DNA of 64,000 nucleotides, from NCBI RefSeq assembly GCF_009914755.1, contig NC_060930.1; one strand, written 5' to 3'. A program made the translations under genes and the position numbers. Below, piece by piece: positions 12,813-26,690 of this stretch; within the stretch, counting starts at the first letter, position 1; each line of letters opens with the position of its first letter. Source of the DNA: the human T2T-CHM13v2.0 reference genome, Homo sapiens. Under the pieces are notes generated by a model. The model had not been told where the DNA came from. It saw only the letters and a list, made by a program, of their open reading frames with translations, and did not search any database.

Positions 12813-14174
12813 GTAAGCCAGTCTCTCTCCTTGTAACCTGTTCTGCAGACCTGAGGAAGAGGGTGGGAGGCTGCTGGTGCGCCAAGTGGGGGCAGACCCG
12901 GAGTTGACATTTCAGGGGCTTGCAGCCCATGCAGCCTCTGCCCGTGTCGTCTAACGGGAGCAGCCACTACTCAGGTTACTTATGCTGCCAGCCCTGGAGT
13001 CGCTCCCCCTTTCTTCCCTCCCCCTGAGCCCAATATGTACTGTGCTCCTTGGTTGCCAAGGAGACTTGCTTAAACATCAGCCGTGGGACATCTATTGAAA
13101 GAACTGGTTTCTTAAATGATGCCGTTATTTATTTTGATATTTAAAATAAAATATACACTGAGGACCTTTCGTAATTTGGCATTTGTTAATCTGTATTCAG
13201 GTGGCGGTTTCATTCAACTTCAAGAAAAGCCGTAATTGCACTATATGGTATGCTTTAAAAAGGATTCGTCAGATGAATTTTTCAACGGATTGTGTCTTGA
13301 ATCATAATTTACTCCCATTTTGGTGATCTTATAAAGAAAGATGACTGCAGTTTAGATCCCTTCTTCCCCTCTATTTCCAGTTTTATTTTGCAGTTCACTT
13401 AGTCGTGATTATTTTAAATTAAAAGCAGATGATTTAATTGTGTTTCCCCACACAAGAATGAGCTTCTATTGTAAATTGACCAGAACAGGAATACGTTTGT
13501 GAATTCGTAACGTAAGAAGGTAGCATTCATGACATACATCTTTGCTAGCATTTTTATATCCCCTGCATCAGTATTGAAGCGCAGTTTTTTGCACCTCTGC
13601 TCATTTCTGAGAAGATTCTGTTTTTTAAAAAATCTCTTATTGATTATTTTTAGATCTATCTCTATACACAGATAGAGATAGATATAAAATGTGTGCCATG
13701 GCTTACTAGAGCTTATATGAAAGTGCAGTGGTTTTTGCTTTTTGTTTTTTTTCTGATGGGACTGGGTCCTCTACTGGAACACTGATAGGCCAATGGAACA
13801 GGTCAGCCTAATACCTGGGCTGTCAGTTTTGTTTTATTTTGAGGTCTCGGGTGTCTATTGGGTGAACTTGTAACACAGTACTTGAAGGCATCAGCAATCC
13901 AGTAATTACACTTTGCACGAATTTCATGCCTCCATCACAAACAAATGGCCCAGTAAAGATCCACTGGCATTCAAGAATTAATTTTGTTTTCCTTGGATAT
14001 TTGTTCATCTTTTCTACTTCTTGTTAAATGACCCAAGGAAATAAGTCAAATTCTTCTAATTTAGATTTTAAACTCTGTCATAGAGAGTGTAATAAATAAT
14101 GTGAGGAGCAAGTAAGCCAAATAATGACAGAGGTAGATAGAGGGGATTTATGCAATTCACAGAGCTTTGGGAGA

Positions 14175-14360
14175 TGAATGATGACAAACATTTTACATTA
14201 CAGTGTAGAAAGCACTTTTCATATACTTCTTTTTTAATCCTCACAACAACCCTTTGAGGCCAATAAATTACCTTCCATTTAAAGCTGAGGAACCCAAGAC
14301 TCAAACCTTGCTGAAGGTCACAGCTAGTGAATGGGGAAGCCCTTTCTGGATCCAGTCTCC
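14175..14360 (-). mobile_element. MIR SINE
   Basis: TTTAATCCTCACAACAACCCTTTGAGG...AAGGTCACAGCTAGT. Confidence 0.75.
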
Positions 14361-17300
14361 TTGCCTTTAAAAAAAAGTTGTGTGTGCGTTTCAGATGTGT
14401 GCAGGGATCTGACAAGTGAGATAAAGGAGTGGAGCAGGCCTAGACAAGACACGTGGGAGAGAGGGTAGGGAGTGGAGTGTGAACTGTGGCCTCTGGAACT
14501 TGCAAACCACTGTAAAGGAGGCAGCTCCCACTCCACTGTAGCCGATTGTTACTGTCCAGGCTCTAAAACATGACAGTTTTTTAAGGAAAACAGAAGCTTC
14601 TGGATTTTTTTTATGAGGTATCCTTAATTTTAAAAACTGTAAGGACCACATTAAAAATTGTATCTGGGTCATATCTAGCCTGTGGCCTGCTAGTTAGCAA
14701 CCCATAATTACTGATGTCTCACTCAATTATAAGTTAGTATTCTCTAACAAAATACTGATGTGAAAAAATACATCCATCATTGTGAGTGATCAGTTTTTTA
14801 TTTCAATATTAAAGTCTAATAAATGCTCTACCTTTGTTTTTCAATAAACAGGTTCAAAAATTTTTTGAGGTTTTCTAGATCTCTGTCTTATATCTCAGAA
14901 AATAAAAGACCATGAAGTGCTCTAAAATAGGAATTTTTGAATCTGGTGAAACAAAAGCATATATAGTTTAGAACTTATGTTCCTGGCTTAATGTTTTTTT
15001 TCTTGCCATAAGGCCAAGAAGTGGAGAAAAACTCAGTTGAGTGCTTGTTATAGGAAGACGTAGGATTGGTCAGCAAATGGAGCATCCTGAGCCTTTAATG
15101 AAAATGTCTGATTAAAGTGTTAGATAATTAGGTAAAACCCACCACTGAATACTGCAAGATGCCAAAGGAATGAAAACATAAGTGGGAACTCAGAGACATT
15201 AAATCCCAGCACCCTGGTATACAAAATGTTTACTCCTTTAATAACTATCTTGTAGTGAGGTAAATACGTCTTGAGAAGCTGCCATTTTCTCGTGTTTCTC
15301 CTAGAGCTACAGAGATGCTAGTGGACTTCACTGAAGTAGGTAAGTAGTCAGAGAGGAGTGTCATTTTATTTACATTGTCTCTTTGGTGGATCCAGAGAGG
15401 TGTAGTTAAAAGGAAAAGCCAAAAGATTTGAACAGCGACTTCTCATGGTTCTCTTATTCCAAAATCCCCCTCTGGAAAGATGCCTTAACAGTAAATAAAG
15501 CCATTTCAGTTTTCCTTTCATGGAAATATGTTGCACCTCTAGTAAGGAGCTATGCAGGTGTGTGTTAGTAATGTTCTAACAAAGTCCTGGCTGAGTGCAT
15601 GGAGATACCGTCTCTGCCCTCAATGATTCAGAGCAAACACACTGCTCCTGGCAGCGTCCACTTTTCGAGCTCTTCTGTGAGCAAGCTACTTCCATATCGG
15701 CTTCACAATGACTCTATAAAGTGGGCATCTTATTTCCATTTTACAGATGGAGGATCTAAGACTGTGAAGTCCAATTGGAGCAATGAAAGAAATCTTGCAA
15801 CTTCAGCTGCTCTTCTCTTTTCACATTCCTTCTTCTCAACTGTTACCTAATGCAGGTTATAGACATGTACATAATTGTGATTTTGAGGGAGTTATGTGTT
15901 AAATGTTACAATGGAAATATAAGATTCCATAGAAGCTCAGACACAGGGAAAAAATTTTAAATGTTCTGATTGTGGAGATCAGGTCAGTCCCTAGGTAGTA
16001 GGGGGATTAGTGCTGGAACTTGATGGCTGGGTATGATTATATTAAATGAAAATCCTTATAGCTATTGAAAGATGGGAGTCTCCACCAGACAGTCTGTTGG
16101 AAATGTGGGTTAAGAGGATGATGCTAGTGATACCTAATATTGATGAGCTTACTGTAGCTGAGCGAGTGATGAAAGCTGTGGAAGAACTATGGTCTGGAAG
16201 ATGGAGTGCAGCAGAGGATGCAACTGCGGATGGGTGGGAGGGGATGGAGGAAGACAAATTTGGGAAGGAGACTAGGAGAGGAGTTGTAGCCATAGAGGAG
16301 AATCTGGAGAATGTAGTACTGATTCTTCTAAAGACTGAACATAAAGTCAAGGGACAAACCAAGTATTATATTCTCTATACAGAGACTGGCACACAATAAA
16401 TACCCATAAACCATGATGATGTGTCTACATTTTTAATGTCTGATGGCTGGTATATAATTTCCTCTCATGATATCACTTTTCTATAGAAAAAGCATACACG
16501 TTTTATATGAATTCATTTGGAGTGGGTAAATATATGGATTTTCAAAAATGGGAAAAGATTCTGGCAAATTAGATGATAAAAGATGTAATCGTTTTTTTCT
16601 AGTAGAGTCATAGACTTGGAGGCTAAGGAGGCTCTTACAGATACAGATTTTAAGGTTGCATATACTTTTGATGAAGTCTTATATGTTTGGGACAAGTAAA
16701 GGAAAAATGTGGGCTGTAAACCATTTGAAAAGCTGTACTCAAATCTAGACAGAAGGCTTTGGTGACAGATAAATGTACTATAATCTTGATCCTGGTTGGG
16801 TCAATGTTTTTATTTATTACATCAGTAGAGATATGAAAGAAATGTGACAAGCAAGTGGGAGTTAGACTTGCATTTAACTACTAGATCTTCAGTGACTGGG
16901 TGGGAGAGCTACCTGTTAGAATGTTCAGCACAAGGTAACAGGATGAAATAAAATAGAAGGCGTCATAGCTAGAGTCTAGCACTGGGGATATTTGTCATGA
17001 CAGGAATTTACTTTAAAGTTGGAGGGATTTTAATTCCTATCAAGTACAATATAAGCCAATATGATGATTTGCTCTTCACAGATATATTTGGCAAGTAATG
17101 GAAAATATTATGAAAAAATGATACTGTAAGGAGCCCATCTTTCTTAATAAGCAAGGGGCTTTTTGGTGACAGCAGAGATAGATGTGGCTATGTCTCTGTG
17201 CCAGGCAGTGTCTTACTTCCCTTCTCTGCCTATAAGACTGCTTATTATTTCAGAATTGTTTTCCAATTTGTAGAGCAGAACTTAAGAATTTATCCTAGAA

Positions 17301-18094
17301 CATTTTACTTTCTCTGTTGTTGAGAATTAGTAAATAGAATTCATTTTGTTCACCTTTTTCCTGGCATTTCTAATCAGAACCTTCATTCCCAGGCCCTTCT
17401 TGTCAAGATCTTTACCTAAGAGGAGCTGAGCAATGTGAAATGCTCAACTTTCTTCATATTTCTTTTGTTCTTTCCCTATTTCGTATACACATTGCAATGC
17501 ATTAATGTATTTAATTTAACTTGATTTTGACATATGGCACTATAAGTTTTGGTGAGATTTTTAAACGAACTATGTAGGAAAAAAAACAGTTTTGCAGACT
17601 TGACTTGGAGTCAGATTAGTTCCACATATGGCAGAAAGCATTGAAAGCTGTAAATTTGTCTAAAATAGCTTCTTCCCTTGCAAGGTTGGAGTCACCAACC
17701 TGATAAGATAATTTTTAAATGAAGAAGAAATGTCTTTGGCAGTTTTCATGGACTCTTGACAACATTTTCCTACATGTTTATTTGAGGCATAATGTATTCT
17801 ACTTTCCATGCCAGATAAGCCAGTACCAGTTACTTAGAAGCAGGCTACCCCCTCCCTTCCCCACCCAGATGATACAACCCGTTTGTTATACAAGATATTG
17901 ATGGAAAAAGAAGTCCCATCCTAGCTGATTGCTTCAGTGAGAACATATTTGATGCTAATGGCACAGACAATAGAGCAGTGGAGGAGGCATTTTGCAATTT
18001 TTTATGACACAAATTCTGATACCTCATTTAAAATCATTACTTAGAAACCTTATTATTTATGATTTTTAGTTCTACAATTGAAAGTGCAAGGTAG

Positions 18095-18330
18095 CATGGC
18101 ACAACCAGAAGAACCTGAGCCTTGGAGCCTGGATTTGAATACTAAATCTGATACTTCTTGGTTCTGTGACTCACAGTCCAGTTACATATCCCCTCTAACT
18201 CTCATTTTCCTCATCTGTAAAATGGGAATTATGTTACCTAGATTATGGAGTTGTTTTAAGATTAAATAAGAAATGCATAGAAACATCTAGTACATTGTTG
18301 GTGTGTAATAAAATCTCAGTACTTATTAAT
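18095..18330 (+). mobile_element. MIR SINE
   Basis: TTTCCTCATCTGTAAAATGGGAAT core. Confidence 0.8.
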
Positions 18331-20351
18331 TCCTTCCCTCTGCCTCCCCTTTCCCCACTCCTTTGCCTTCCTCAAAATGATGGTGGAATTCATTTAAATT
18401 TCCTGAGCCATATAAAATGTTTTAATCTGGTGTGCCGACCTTGGAGCAGAGCTACCCTCATTATGCTATGGAGCTTTTAGTGATGCAGTACGCTGCTTAG
18501 ATGGGCTCTCCCAGGGAGAGGGATGCATAGCTTGGACTCAATGATGTCTTTTCTCTCTGACAAGCCACTGTTCCCTCTTTTATGCAGCTCCTGGAGCATC
18601 GGCCTGGTCACAAGGAAAAGGAGGGAGGGTCAGTCAGTTTCCTCCTACCCAGGCAGCTCTCTGGGCTCTATCATAGGATCTCTTCAGGGGTCCACATCTG
18701 CAAAAAGCACAGAGCTGCCCCTTGTGTTCTCTGTAGAATTAATAGTGGCAGCATCAAGTACCTGGCGGGTACAGACCTCCTAGCCTTTCTGCAAGGTCAA
18801 TTTCTAGAGCCCACATCTTTCTTGACAACTAGAAGTTTCCCTTCATGCTGAATTATGTAAATTTTATGAAAAGGTCAAAAGCTCACCAGGATAAAAAACA
18901 AACAAACAAACAAAAAACACTCCTCAAATTCTCTTTCAAGTCAGATAGGATTAAAATCTTCCCGAACAGAATACTTTCTAGTTAAATCTATGTTTTTTTC
19001 TTTTTCTCTGCACCACGACCTCACTCATTCCCTGTTCCCACCAGCAACTCCTTCTTCTGTGTTGAAATATCATGTGGATTTCTGATGACCCAGGAGTGCA
19101 CATGAGATTAGTATGGCCTGACTCTTTTCAAAGTCACCCCCCGGCTCATGGGCTTAAGAAGAACCTAGACAGCAGCAGGAACTGCTAGCAGCCTACCACA
19201 TAGGAAGTTAGCCTGAGCAGTATATTGTAGGATCCCATAGACTGAGCTAAGCTTTGTTTTCATCATACAATGGATTATAAAGCCTGTCCTTAAATAAAAT
19301 ACTTTTTCTTGTGCTAAATGTGTTCTGCTTATACCTGGTATGGATGTATGCATATGTTTATATATTTCAATATTTCTAAAGATATAGTGCAATTTCATAA
19401 TTCAGATGCATTTTTACTAGTTGGTAACATTACTTGAGATACCTAAAATAAGAAAGACAAGTTTAGTGATTGTTAAAGACAGAAAATCCTTTACTCATTT
19501 CTTTATAGCTCCAGAAAAGAATATGGTAAAAAATGTTTTGTAATGGAGATTGATTATAGTGAGATGTAGATTCTCAGCTGAAAAATATGGTAGCCGAGAT
19601 GACATCAGTGCCAAGTCTTTTGTCTGCATCACATTCACAGACCAGCAAAGTTACAAAATCATTATGAAAAAAAAGCCTACTCTAAATGTGAAGATACCAG
19701 TTTATTCTAAACTACTCCCCAAGCAATAGTTATGGTTATTATTTTGGAAATTTAGGTTCATAATTAATATGGATATCTGAGTGGAGGAGATTTATTTTGA
19801 TAGAGTCTCTTGTTCACTTGTTTCCTCATCTACTCTGCTTGACATTTTCTGAAAGGAGACTTTCTCTTAAAAAAAATACTGTTTTGTGATAGGCAGTGGT
19901 GTAGATGTAATCAGATGCCCCTTTGGCTGCATAAAGATTCACTAGTCTTTCCTAGCCTGATGTCCTTGAGCTGATAGAACTGACTGGGTTATTTTTTTTT
20001 TTTTTTTTGAGATTTCAAAGCCTAAAGAAATATGGAATCAATGTTTTTTTTTTCCATGAAAACATTAATTACCTACAATCTGATTTAATTTTGCCATAGC
20101 TTATCTTCTTTAGCTTTGGGCCAAAGCTATTTATCATTTCTTGGAGGTATTCAAGATCACCTACAGATGGGGCCTCCTAATAGAGCAAAAGTCATTTAAG
20201 AAACTCATGCACAGCCCTTAGGCCTTTCTATATAGCATTTAACTTGACTTTTTTCTGAAATCCCTAAGATTTGTGAGTCTTAGTGTCATTTGTAGGGTTT
20301 TCTGATGTTTCCCTTCTCTCACCTTGTACTGTTTCACAAAGTTGTCAATTT

Positions 20352-20657
20352 CCCCCCCCCCCTTTTTTTTTTTGAGACAGATTCTCGCTCTGTCACCCAG
20401 GCTGGAGTGCAGTGGTATAGTCAGCTCATTGCAGACTTAATCTCCCGGGCTCAAGCAATCCTACCACCTCAGTCTCCCATGTAGTTGGAACTATAGGTGT
20501 GTATCACCACACCCAGCTAATTTTTAAAAATTTTTTTGTAGAGATGGGTGTCTCACTATGTTTCCCTGGCTGGTCTCGAGCTCCTGGGCTCAAGCAATTC
20601 TTCCACCTTGGGCTTCCAAAGTGCTGGAATTAGAGATCTGAGCCACTGTACCTTACC
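20352..20657 (-). mobile_element. AluJ
   Basis: Dimeric Alu with J-type CTCCTGGGCTCAAGCAATTC; TSD AAGTTGYCAATTT at 20339-20351 and 20658-20670. Confidence 0.93.
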
Positions 20658-21954
20658 AAGTTGCCAATTTTTGATTTCTGTGTTTCATGCTGTTTTTATC
20701 AATGTTAGCCATCAGAAGCCTGCAATTAATTATTGTCATTACATTTTGTTAATTGCTTTAACATCAAATATTAATATATTCTGTATATGTAACTGCCAAG
20801 GGGTTTGCAGATGTGGGTGGAATTCTTTGACCAGCACATCATTTTCCTAGTGGTTAAGGGTTTAGTGGTTAAGGATTTCACTAGCATGGAATTAGGACAG
20901 GATGAATTAGTTACATGGTTTATCTGTGCAGGAGCATCACCCCAACATAACGCCTTTGAAAACAACGACATATTTTACTCCTGGACCCAGTAAGGGATGA
21001 AATTCCCTTACCCCTCAAAACACGTGCCTTGATTACTGAATTTTTCCTTTTGGGCACTGTATTCTTGGAATTCTGCTTCCTCTACTTGGACCTCTTTTGG
21101 GAGATTTATATCCTGTGATTGCTTCAGAATTCCGTTGCCATCCATTCTTTGTTCATGTGGAAACTTAGAGTGCCTCAGTCAGCAGCTATTGGTGTAAGAC
21201 TCCTTTGTTGGATGCAGGGACAAGGCAAGGTTGGAAGAAGACTTCTTGCCTCTCAACATTAAGTGAGCCCTTCACATCAGTGGCCAACTGTTGACCAAGA
21301 TGTTTAAGAAACACAGGTTATCATTGCTCTCAAGAACTTCCTTAGTTCTTAGATGTGATTCATTTCCCCTTTGTATCTGGAGCCTCATGGTTGACCTCAG
21401 GGATGGAAGCATATTGACAGTTTCAGGAGAGAGTCTTTCTATGTGGTGGAATAGCACCCACCAGTATCTCAGCTGGGACAGAGGGTCATCTCCCAGGAGC
21501 CAGCCACATGTCCCTCCTTGGCCAGTTTTGAGACCTCCTAAGGACAGTGCCAGGGTTAATAAGGCCTTTTCTTTAGGCAGCAGTCACTCATGGTGGCTTG
21601 AGTCACAGATCAGTACTGAAAATCTCTCACTGTTATTGCTTCTGTGGATTACAGTTAGGCTAGGGGTTGACACAGTAAGTGGATTGGGAGAGCAAAAGCA
21701 GGTGGAATCAGTTTCCTTGAGTTTTCACTCTGTAAGGAGTGACCTTGACTTCAGAACTCTGTGCCTAAGTCTCCTGTATAAATTGGGATAACACAGATAA
21801 TCTCACTTTTCTCACATTGTCATCCATGACATAAAATTAGATATGTTAAGTGCTTTGTTTGTATTAAGAGTGCTCTGATACTGCTTTTGACTGGGCATTG
21901 TAGGACCTTGCGTCAGAAAATCATATATTTACCACTGTCCTGCAAATACGTGCA

Positions 21955-22135
21955 CTCTAGAGGTTTGCAACAAGGCTGGTCCTCAGAATGACCTGAGGTT
22001 GTTTCGAAAATATAGATTACTGGATCTTCTATACTTACTGTGTGAGAATCTGCATTAGTATTGAGTCATTTGTGTATTAAGAAACTCCCATTGAGTAATT
22101 ATGGTGATAGGTCTACTTTGGGAGATGTGGTCTAG
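21955..22135. mobile_element. MER5-type DNA transposon relic
   Basis: TCTAGAGGTTTGCAAC..CAGAATGACCTG..GAATCTGCATT..TTTGGGAGATGTGGTCTAGA. Confidence 0.55.
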
Positions 22136-24199
22136 AGTGCAGTGAGCTGCTCACACTCTGCTTCTTATTCCTACCTTCCGAGGACCAGCCAGGCCATCTG
22201 GATCTGGGCCTCAGCTTTCTTGTCATTGACACTTAACAACAACAACAAAAAAATAGCAAGTTAAATCAGTTCTGATGTCAGTGCTCTCCAGATACTCAGT
22301 GGACATTTAAACAACACAAACAATTCTCTACCAACCAGGTGCCCTGTCTGGGTAGAAGTCTTGATGTGTGATTAACATCTTTACTACTGAAACAGAGGTT
22401 ATCATTTTCTACTAAAATTTGTGTATAACTAATTAGGCGGATTGCTGCAGAGAGCAGCTAATATCCTCATAGTTGTCCATATGGTAGCTCGGTTGATTAA
22501 TAACATACATTTCTGCATAAGATAAAACTAAATACTTTTTAATTTTATACTTTTTAGATTTAGAGCATTGATAGTGATTACATGGCTTTATGTAAGCCAA
22601 CTGGAGAATGCCATTTCCACTGTGGATATAATCTTATGGGTCATTGATTAACAGGTTAGTAGTGAACTGCTGCAGGATAGTATGGATATAGCACGATATG
22701 AGGAGCAGAGAGACTACAGTTTCAAATTGTAGCTTGATCTTTATTTTTGCGAGAGTTCAAAATGTGCTTTTGAATATTAGGCATTTTGAAGAGATATGCA
22801 ATTGTTAAGCACCAGTATACAGATAAGAAGAAAAAGAAACCTTGCCATTAGACAACTTGGAAGGCATAAATGAATTGCCGACATCTACAAAAATGATCAA
22901 GGTTATGCATGGCAGGATGTTGCTTAATTGTAATTTTAAGAGAATTCATTTTGTGGTGTGTGACTAGCTGAGAGAAAGGCAGACATCATACTTAGGTTTG
23001 CCTGTCTATGGTAATTTAATTATTATTGACTATTGTGATGGCTTCCCTGATGTTGAGTTAGGTACAAACCTGCTCAATTCCTATTGCAGGAAACTTTTTA
23101 ATACTTAATAATATTTTGACTTGAAGAAAAAGTCTTTTGACCTGAAGAATGACCATTTCAGGACTAGAATTGTTTTATTGAGTTACCTTTTCCCCCCATA
23201 AAGTAAGGTAAATGCTGTCTGTGGAACTTCGGCAAATTAGATTTTGGTTGGACTCTTCTGCCTTTTTTGTGAAGGAAAAGAGGAGGGGTCTGGGAGAAAA
23301 GAGGGAACACTAACTGTGAAACCGCGTCTATCATCAATTGATTTTGAACTTGCAGCCTCATTAGGTGGTTAGTATTGGGCCATCCAGCCAAAATTATCTT
23401 TTTGGCCATCTGTGCCAAATTATAGGGAGTAATAGCCTTGGGCACAGCTGCTGAGTCTAATGTGTATTTCTAACTTGTGTATTAATGATAATGACTGCAT
23501 AGAGAAGTCCAGTGACCAAATGTGCAGAATAAATAAGAAGGAACAAAATATATGTAAATTTAGAATTAAAAGAAAGGAAAATCTCTGTTTTACATCAGGA
23601 AATGACAGTACATATTTATTTAAATCTCTATGCAATAATATGACCTTTTTCTACTCCATCTCTTCACAGTTTCTCCTAAGGAGAAATAAATCTTAAGAGA
23701 GATTGGCTTTGAATTTTGGTCCTTCTATGTGGTGCTTCTTGAATTTGCTCTGTGATAGGACACGGGTTTTATTACTGTATCCCAACATTGATTGGGCCTT
23801 TTCTCAGCTCAGCCTGTCCCTTTAAGAGAATCACTCAGGAGTGACTGACTGCCTTTGGTGTCACTGTACTTTTTGTTGGTCAGCTGGGGCCAGCAGTAGG
23901 ACCTTTATAGGCAGGCTAAGTCTAATGTCACTAGAAATATAATTAAGAAATTATAAGAAAATGAGATATTCCATAATCCAATGACTAAGGATAAAGAATG
24001 CTAAGAATCAGGATTTTAAATAGACATGTCTACATTTTGCATGGCCGTTCATTTCTCTAAAGTATCTTAACTAATGAATATATTGGAAGGAAACCTACCT
24101 TATAGTGAAGGAAGCCTTTTAAAAACTCACCCAAAGAAAGTGAAATGATTTGGCACATAGAACATAGTAGCATAGTTCCCTATACATGCTTTACAATTT

Positions 24200-24840
24200 T
24201 TTTTCCTTCAAGCCTACCTCATCCAGAGCCTCTCCATTTTTGGTTGTTCAGCACCCAAACCTTGGAAACATCCTTAGCTTCTTCCTCTCACAACTTACAT
24301 CCAAACAGTCAGGAAATTCTGTTGGCTCTACCTTCAAAGTATACCCAGAATCTGACCATATGTCACAACTTCCCACTACCATTCTTGTCCCAGTCAACAT
24401 TACCTGTTGCTTAAATCATTGCAGCAGATCCCCAGAAGGTCTTCTTTGCCTCCTATAGACTCTTCTCCACACAGCAGCCAAAAATTTTGTTTTAAAACCT
24501 GAATGAGGCTATATTTCTTTGCCTAAAACTGCAGCAGCTTCCATCCCAAGAACCAGACCCTGTATACCATCTATCCCTCTCTTATCTCCCATTGCCTTGC
24601 CCATTCCTGCCTTAGAACTGGTGTCTCACAGTTGGTAATACCCTCGGCCTGGAATGCCCTGCCTCCTGCCTACCCGCAGGCCCACTGTCTTACCTCCTTC
24701 GGGTCTTTGCTCAAATGTCACTTTCTCAATGAAGTCCATTGTGATCACTGTGCTTAAAATTACAACCTGCCCACCACCCCAACCCCTTCACTCTCAATTC
24801 ATCTTACCCTGTATTTTTTTCCCCACAGCTCTTATCGATT
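24200..24840 (+). mobile_element. L2 LINE fragment
   Basis: CTCTACCTTCAAAGTATACCCAGAATCTGACC, CTCCACACAGCAGCCA, GCTCAAATGTCACTTTCTCAATGAAG. Confidence 0.8.
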
Positions 24841-25095
24841 AAAAAAAAAAAGTTTTACTGAGGGAAAACTTACATATCATTAAAGTTCACCCATTGTAAC
24901 TGTGTACAGTTCAGTAGTTTGTAGCAAATGTATAGCGTTCTGTAGCCACCAACACAATCCAGTTTTAGAACATTTCTGTCACCGCAAAATGTTCCCTCAT
25001 GCCCATTTGCAGTTATTCGCCACCCCCTCTCCATCATAGGTAACCTCTGCTGTGCTTCTACATCTGTACATTTGCCTGTTCTAGACATTGGCATA
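24841..25095 (-). mobile_element. L1MB-type 3' end inserted in L2
   Basis: AAAGTTCACCCATTGTAACTGTGTACAGTTCAGT..CAGTTTTAGAACATTTCTGTCACC..TTGCCTGTTCTAGACATT. Confidence 0.8.
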
Positions 25096-26418
25096 TTTGT
25101 CTTATTTGCTTAGTGCTTAGCATGTGTGGTTCAAAAGATGAAGGAGCTGCATATTTGTTAAATTTGGATATTACCATATTTCTTGTGTGTGTGTGAACTT
25201 ATTTGCAGATAACTAGCGTCAGGACATGGGGAAATTGGACAGAAATGGAAGAGAGATGTAGGGGTGCCTGTACTCCATCCATGTGTGTCTGTCGGGCAAC
25301 AATCCTGAGGTTCTCTGGGTGTGCCTCCACTGCCCTGTCCCCCTCAGGGAGATGAGCTGACTCCTCACACGTTTTCTATTAATGAATGATTCCATGATTT
25401 CTTCATTCAGTTGTGGAGGAGAGCATGGAATCAATGTGTACTCCTGCCTCAATATTCAGTCATCAGGGGCTCTCAGCCTCTCCTTCCACTTCCTCCCGTG
25501 TCCCCCTCTACCCTCCATCCTCACAGCTGCCCTTCTGCCTTCAGCTTCCTTACAGCTTCTCTGTGCCACTTTCTTTATCCTTCCATCCCTTCCTAGGGAC
25601 TGTTGTCACTAATATCTTTAGAGATGTGGCTTCCATCATGTCACTCTTCTTTCTAAAAACTTCTGGCAACCCTTGAATACCCATAGCTTGATTGGTCTCA
25701 AAAAGCATTTCTCCACCTGCCTTCTAATTCTTCCCCAATGTGAACCGTGTCTCCTTCTCAGACTCTGTAAATAAACACACTCTCAGGAAATACTGATTCC
25801 TTGACAACCTTTAGTGTTATGTATTTCTGATTCCTAAGCCTCTTTGTCAAGTAATGAATAATTTAAAACAAACAAACAGAAAAACCCTTAAAGCCCCTAG
25901 GAGTTGACTATTTGAAGAAATCCAGTAACTTATCTGTATATGTTTTCCTAAGTCTGTCATTCTCAAAGCATCACAGCTCCAAATTTGCTGTATATTTACC
26001 AAGGGTGTCTCTGGCCACCAGAGTAGTGAAGTTATAGTTACAAGATAATTCCATAGTGGAAAAAAAAACAAATGTGTGGTTCAGGCTCACCAGCATCAGG
26101 ATCAGACTTCAGTTCCACTAGGTTCCCTATTGTTCCCTGCCAGAGGGTCCTGGGGTCCCTGGCCAGGTGGTACTGGGGCAGGGCTGGGCCCCACAGTGGA
26201 CACCTTCTCTTCTGGGCTCCACCTTCCGGCATGCTTCTCGTGTCCTGCAGATACCTCATCAGCATTCTCTGTGCTGCTGTTGCTGCTTCTGACTGCTCTG
26301 GTCCTCCCTGATGACCAGTGGTATTAAGGCTGCCTGTGGACCACACTGTTCACCAGCCACTGGCCTCCTCCACAGCCAGTGGGCTTTGGCTGCTTGTAGC
26401 TTCCTTTCTCTCTTCCTG

Positions 26419-26439
26419 CAGCAGCAGCAGCAGCAGCAG
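26419..26439 (+). repeat. (CAG)7 trinucleotide repeat
   Basis: Read directly. Confidence 0.95.
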
Positions 26440-26449
26440 GGGATACATA

Positions 26450-26690
26450 GATGGAATGGATTTGGAAATAGACGGGCCTAAGCTTGAATCCTGGTTCTTT
26501 CATATACAAGTTATTTGGTCTTGGGAAAGTTACTTATTTCTTTGAACCCCAGTATTGTGCTCTGGGGACAGTTACACCCACCCTGCAGTATAATCATGTG
26601 ACCCACATGCAGTGATGTATGTAAGTTTCATTGTCTAGTGCCTGACACAGACTCAGCACCCAGTACGTTTTTGTTGTTGACTGTTATGAT
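26450..26690 (+). mobile_element. MIR SINE
   Basis: TTGAATCCTGGTTC..CTTGGGAAAGTTACTT..GTGCCTGACACAG. Confidence 0.65.

Larger units (their letters stand above)
12050..12980 (+). promoter_or_regulatory. KLHL32: CpG-island promoter of KLHL32
   Basis: Only CpG-dense, GC-rich stretch in the window. GC boxes GGGGCGGAGC 12393-12402 and GGGGCGGAGT 12466-12475; ETS ACTTCCGG 12214-12221; NRF1-like TGCGCATGTG 12144-12153; half-CRE TGACG 12452-12456; forkhead TATTTAC 12515-12521. Confidence 0.92.

Noticed and set aside
12052-12967. Seven overlapping ORFs (74-151 aa) on both strands in the CpG island
   Set aside because: Stop-codon scarcity in GC-rich DNA; low-complexity Arg/Gly/Ala/Pro or HT/CV repeats; mostly non-ATG starts; no domain.
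16925-16945. TTCAGCAC as a REST/RE1 site
   Set aside because: Only part of the left half-site matches; there is no GGACAG right half.
20848-21011. TAGTGGTTAAGG tandem and an 8-bp stem GTAAGGGA/TCCCTTAC
   Set aside because: Too short to exceed chance; the tandem resembles a MIR 5' relic.
16042-21791. ORFs 16046-16399, 16042-16362 and 21291-21791
   Set aside because: No recognisable domain or supporting splice structure; they partly overlap degraded L2/MIR; lengths expected by chance in 64 kb.
26272-26439. (CAG)7 with an upstream CTG-rich stretch as an expansion locus or hairpin
   Set aside because: Short, intronic and common; the upstream tract is interrupted.
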